A stretch of 37,557 nt of DNA from assembly GCA_038087875.1 (NCBI GenBank), contig JAXLNO010000570.1:1-37557 (forward strand), in the 5' to 3' direction. The DNA is from Malacoraja senta. Lineage: Eukaryota. The position numbers were made by a program, and so were the translations under genes. The number at the start of each line of letters is the position of its first letter. The stretch's first letter is position 1. The notes beneath the pieces are model-generated. The model was not told the DNA's origin. It saw only the letters and a program-made list of their open reading frames with translations, and ran no database searches. Of this stretch, positions 34,431 through 37,557 are shown piece after piece.

Positions 34431-34602
34431 CGCCTGAGACAAGAGCAGACATGGCATGAACAACAGCCCTGACATCGTGAGTGTGATGCTTAAAGGTCTT
34501 TGTACGAACCCACTGAGCACCAGCAACGTCTGATTGTACTGCAACCCGCTGGAATTGCACCACTGTCCCCTCGGCTGTGCCAACAGCAATGCTGTCCTCA
34601 GA
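34431..34602 (-). CDS. UTP4: UTP4 coding exon (172 nt)
   Basis: tgtag|SEDSIAVGTAEGTVVQFQ...WVRTKTFKHHTHDVRAVVHAMSALVSG g|gtgagt. Confidence 0.95.
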
Positions 34603-34717
34603 CTACAGAGAGCAAAAAGCCAGTTAGTGAGAAGGTCTGACACAGTCCCAAGTGCAACTCTGGTCTGGGCTGCGACCCCACAGTCCATGAACAAATTAAA
34701 TAATGGGGAGCGTTGCA

Positions 34718-35462
34718 TGTTTGTGTGTGGATGTTTGTGCGTGCACAGAGAGGTGTGTGGGTTTGTGTGTACAGAGGTGTGTGTACAGAGAGGTGTGTGT
34801 GTCTGTGTACAGAGGTGTGTGTGTGCGCACAGAGGTGCGTGTGCTTGTGTACAGAGGTGTGTACAGAGTGGGGGGTGTATGTACAGAGAGGTGTATGTAC
34901 AGAGGTGTGTGTACTGAGAGGTGTGTGTACAGAGGTGTGTGTACAGAGGTGTGTGTACAGAGGTGTGTGTACAGAGGTGTGTGTACAGAGGTGTGTGTAC
35001 AGAGGTGTGTGTACAGAGGTGTGTGTACAGAGGTGTGTGTACAGAGGTGTGTGTACAGAGGTGTGTGTACAGAGGTGTGTGTACAGAGGTGTGTGTACAG
35101 AGGTGTGTGTACAGAGGTGTGTGTACAGAGGTGTGTGTACAGAGGTGTGTGTACAGAGGTGTGTGTACAGAGGTGTGTGTACAGAGGTGTGTGTACAGAG
35201 GTGTGTGTACAGAGGTGTGTGTACAGAGGTGTGTGTACAGAGGTGTGTGTACAGAGGTGTGTGTACAGAGGTGTGTGTACAGAGAGATGTGTGTGCGTGT
35301 GTACAGAGGTGTGTGTGCAGATGTGTAGGTACAGAGAGGTGTGGGTACAGAGGTGTGTGTACAGGGGTGTGTGCACAGGGGTGTGTGTAGAGGTGTGTGT
35401 GTGTGTGTAGAGATGTGTGTGCGCGTGTGTAGAGGCGTGTGTAGAGGTGTGTGTGTGTACAG

Positions 35463-35494
<32 letters not shown>

Positions 35495-35542
35495 GTGTGT
35501 GTGCGTGTGTGCATGTGCTCACACAGTGAGCAGCGTGTGTGC
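34718..35542 (+). repeat. 14-bp minisatellite (GTACAGAGGTGTGT)n grading into (GT)n
   Basis: Essentially perfect core at about 34920-35285 with degenerate GT-rich flanks. Confidence 0.97.
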
Positions 35543-35609
35543 AGTTAATAGGTGAATTGTTATTAGAAGTAATTTTTGTTGCGCATGATCAGAGAGCTGC
35601 TCCACTCAC

Positions 35610-35821
35610 CTCATTCACGCTCAACGACAGCACGTCACACTTGGTGACGGGGTGAGTTTTGAGCAGGGTTCCCGTATTCCAATCCCAGAACTGCATTTTC
35701 CCCGCCGAGTCCGCACTCACGACACTGAAGTCACTGAGAAAACCGACGGCCCATATCACACACTTCCTATTGCGAAATGTTATGTCACCACGATCCACTC
35801 GAATATGGCGCTTACAGTGAC
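35610..35821 (-). CDS. UTP4: UTP4 coding exon (212 nt)
   Basis: accag|(G)HCKRHIRVDR...CVIWAVGFLSDFSVVSADSAGKMQFWD...DVLSLSVNE|gtgagt; WD40. Confidence 0.95.
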
Positions 35822-36247
35822 CTGGTATGGAAATAACATGCGAACAGTCGGCTAAAAGTAACCAATAGAACTGACTTACACTCGGATACACAGACAAAGC
35901 AGTCAGTCAAATAACTGATTGAATTTAAAGCACTAAATATGTCTGTTATTTTTGCTCTGAGGAACTGAGTTGTTTTAAGATTCATTAATTCTCACAGGGT
36001 TTCAATAATCGGACAGACAAATGTTCACTATTCATTGGCTCTGCTGCCTCTAATGCCCGAGCCACAGGGTGGGTGTAGCTGCAGACTGAGCCCTAGGGAC
36101 TTCTCCCTTCCCGAGATCCACCATATTAAACAAGTCACAGGGGGCTCTGAGCAGCATCTATTCACACAAAATAAACATGCAACATACACACGCTCCCTCA
36201 AAGAACATCTGCTCAGGCCATCACATCCCAGTCACACACCAACTTAC

Positions 36248-36337
36248 CAGACTTCACATCCAAAACCCGAATAGTGTCCAGTGATCCAGTCACAATCATT
36301 GTGCCTGATTTGTGCCACGCTAAGGAGAGTACACGAC
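36248..36337 (-). CDS. UTP4: UTP4 coding exon (90 nt); upstream exons not seen in this window
   Basis: tgcag|xRVLSLAWHKSGTMIVTGSLDTIRVLDVKS g|gtaagt. Confidence 0.94.
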
Positions 36338-36481
36338 CTGCAACAGAAGGGCAGCCCATCACATACTGTGCCACTTTATCAAAGGACAGGTTCACCTACT
36401 CTGCTCGTTCAACAAGCTCTCTGGTTACTTCCACTGCCATCAATAGTTTCTCTGGCAATTCCCCCCACTTTCTACATATCA

Positions 36482-36854
36482 GAGGCGGAGTAGAAGGATG
36501 AGAGGGGATCTTATAGAGACATATAAAATTATAAAAGGACTGGACAAGCTAGATGCAGGAAAAATGTTCCCAATGTTGGGGGAGTCCAGAACCAGGGGCC
36601 ACAAGAAAGGGGAGGCCATTTAAAACTGAGATGAGAAAAAACTTTTTCACCCAGAGAGTTGTGAATTTGTGGAATTCTCTGCCCCAGAAGCTCGTAGGCG
36701 GAACTCTCTTTAATGCAAGATAGAGCTTATGGGGCTAGCGGAATCGAGGGGGGTGGGGAGAAGACAGGCACGGGTTACTGATTGATCACAATGAATGGCG
36801 GTGCTGGCTCGAAGGGCTGAATGGCCTCTTCATGCACCTATTTTCTATGTTTCT
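36482..36854 (+). mobile_element. CR1 3' end
   Basis: RGDLIETYKIIKGLDKLDAGKMFP..FFTQRVVNLWNSLP; TTTCTATG tail like the copy at 1-271. Confidence 0.85.
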
Positions 36855-36857
36855 AAT

Positions 36858-37105
36858 TGGCACTCGCATGGGCCAGACTATGCCTGCTCTTCACTGGCTA
36901 CGCCTGCTCTTTCACTGGCTACATTGAGCAGTCCTTGTCCCAAACCTACCCCGGCACCACTCAACACTTTCTCCATTACAATGACCACATCGGGTCATCC
37001 TGCACTTGTCAATTCATCCATTTTATCACCACCAACTTCCACCCTGCCCCCAAATTCATTTGCACCATTTCTGACACCTCTCTCCCCTTTCTTGATCTCC
37101 ATCAC
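36858..37105 (+). mobile_element. Penelope RT fragment
   Basis: GTRMGPDYACLFTGY..IEQSL, with a local tandem duplication of GCCTGCTCTTCACTGGCTAC. Confidence 0.7.
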
Positions 37106-37557
37106 TATTCCTTTGCATTTATGTCTTGGGTTTGGCAAAATCTTTCTTTTGGAAATGTAAATGTAATTTGGTATGATTGTCTGATGCTGTGCAAGCAAGA
37201 TTTTCACTGTACCGGCCTCTCACTCTACTGGTGCTAATGACAATAAATTTGATTTGACTCAACCAGTAGTGTGCCAGAAATCGCTGCCATCTCCACTGAT
37301 GTTTGTCATCTATATTAACTATTATGACAACGTAATTAAAATAGTTTGAAAATTTGTGGATGACTCCAGAATTAGTGGTATAATGGACAGAGAGGAACGC
37401 TATTTACGTTAAGAGTTACACAGTACAGAAATATGCCCTTCAGCCCAAATCATCCATGCTGACCAAGATGCTCCATCTGAGCACTTCCCATTTATCTGCA
37501 TTTGGTCATATAAATCCCATTAAACTTTCCCACTTAGTTTACAAAAGAACCGGCATC

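Noticed and set aside
34284..35522. His/Thr- and Cys/Val-rich ORFs up to 412 aa
   Set aside because: They are translations of the 14-bp and GT repeats inside a UTP4 intron.

Overview
Vertebrate genomic DNA, probably a cartilaginous fish (skate/ray-type CR1, Penelope and DIRS repeats; inferred). Two host genes lie on the minus strand in the human order. UTP4 (cirhin) is represented by 13 coding exons (36337 to stop at 14044), all with GT-AG boundaries and a continuous reading frame. About 12 kb downstream is coding exon 1 of beta-2-syntrophin (SNTB2; ATG at 1815, donor at 1253), in a CpG island with four regularly spaced CCAAT boxes and an adjacent 30-bp minisatellite. Most of the rest is nested mobile DNA: an IR/DR Tc1 interrupted by an L1, a DIRS1-type retrotransposon with both termini and its ICR, a near-complete CR1, a Penelope element split by a hAT-like element with a 5-bp TSD, two Helitron-like elements, and L2/Rex/CR1 fragments. 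The most notable observations are hammerhead-ribozyme cores in the Penelope pLTR copies, a 46-bp inverted templated insertion in the Tc1 copied from DNA ending exactly at the DIRS junction, and a foldback palindrome at a Helitron 5' end. I found no convincing evidence of a wholly new protein-coding system. All homology calls are from recall, not database searches.
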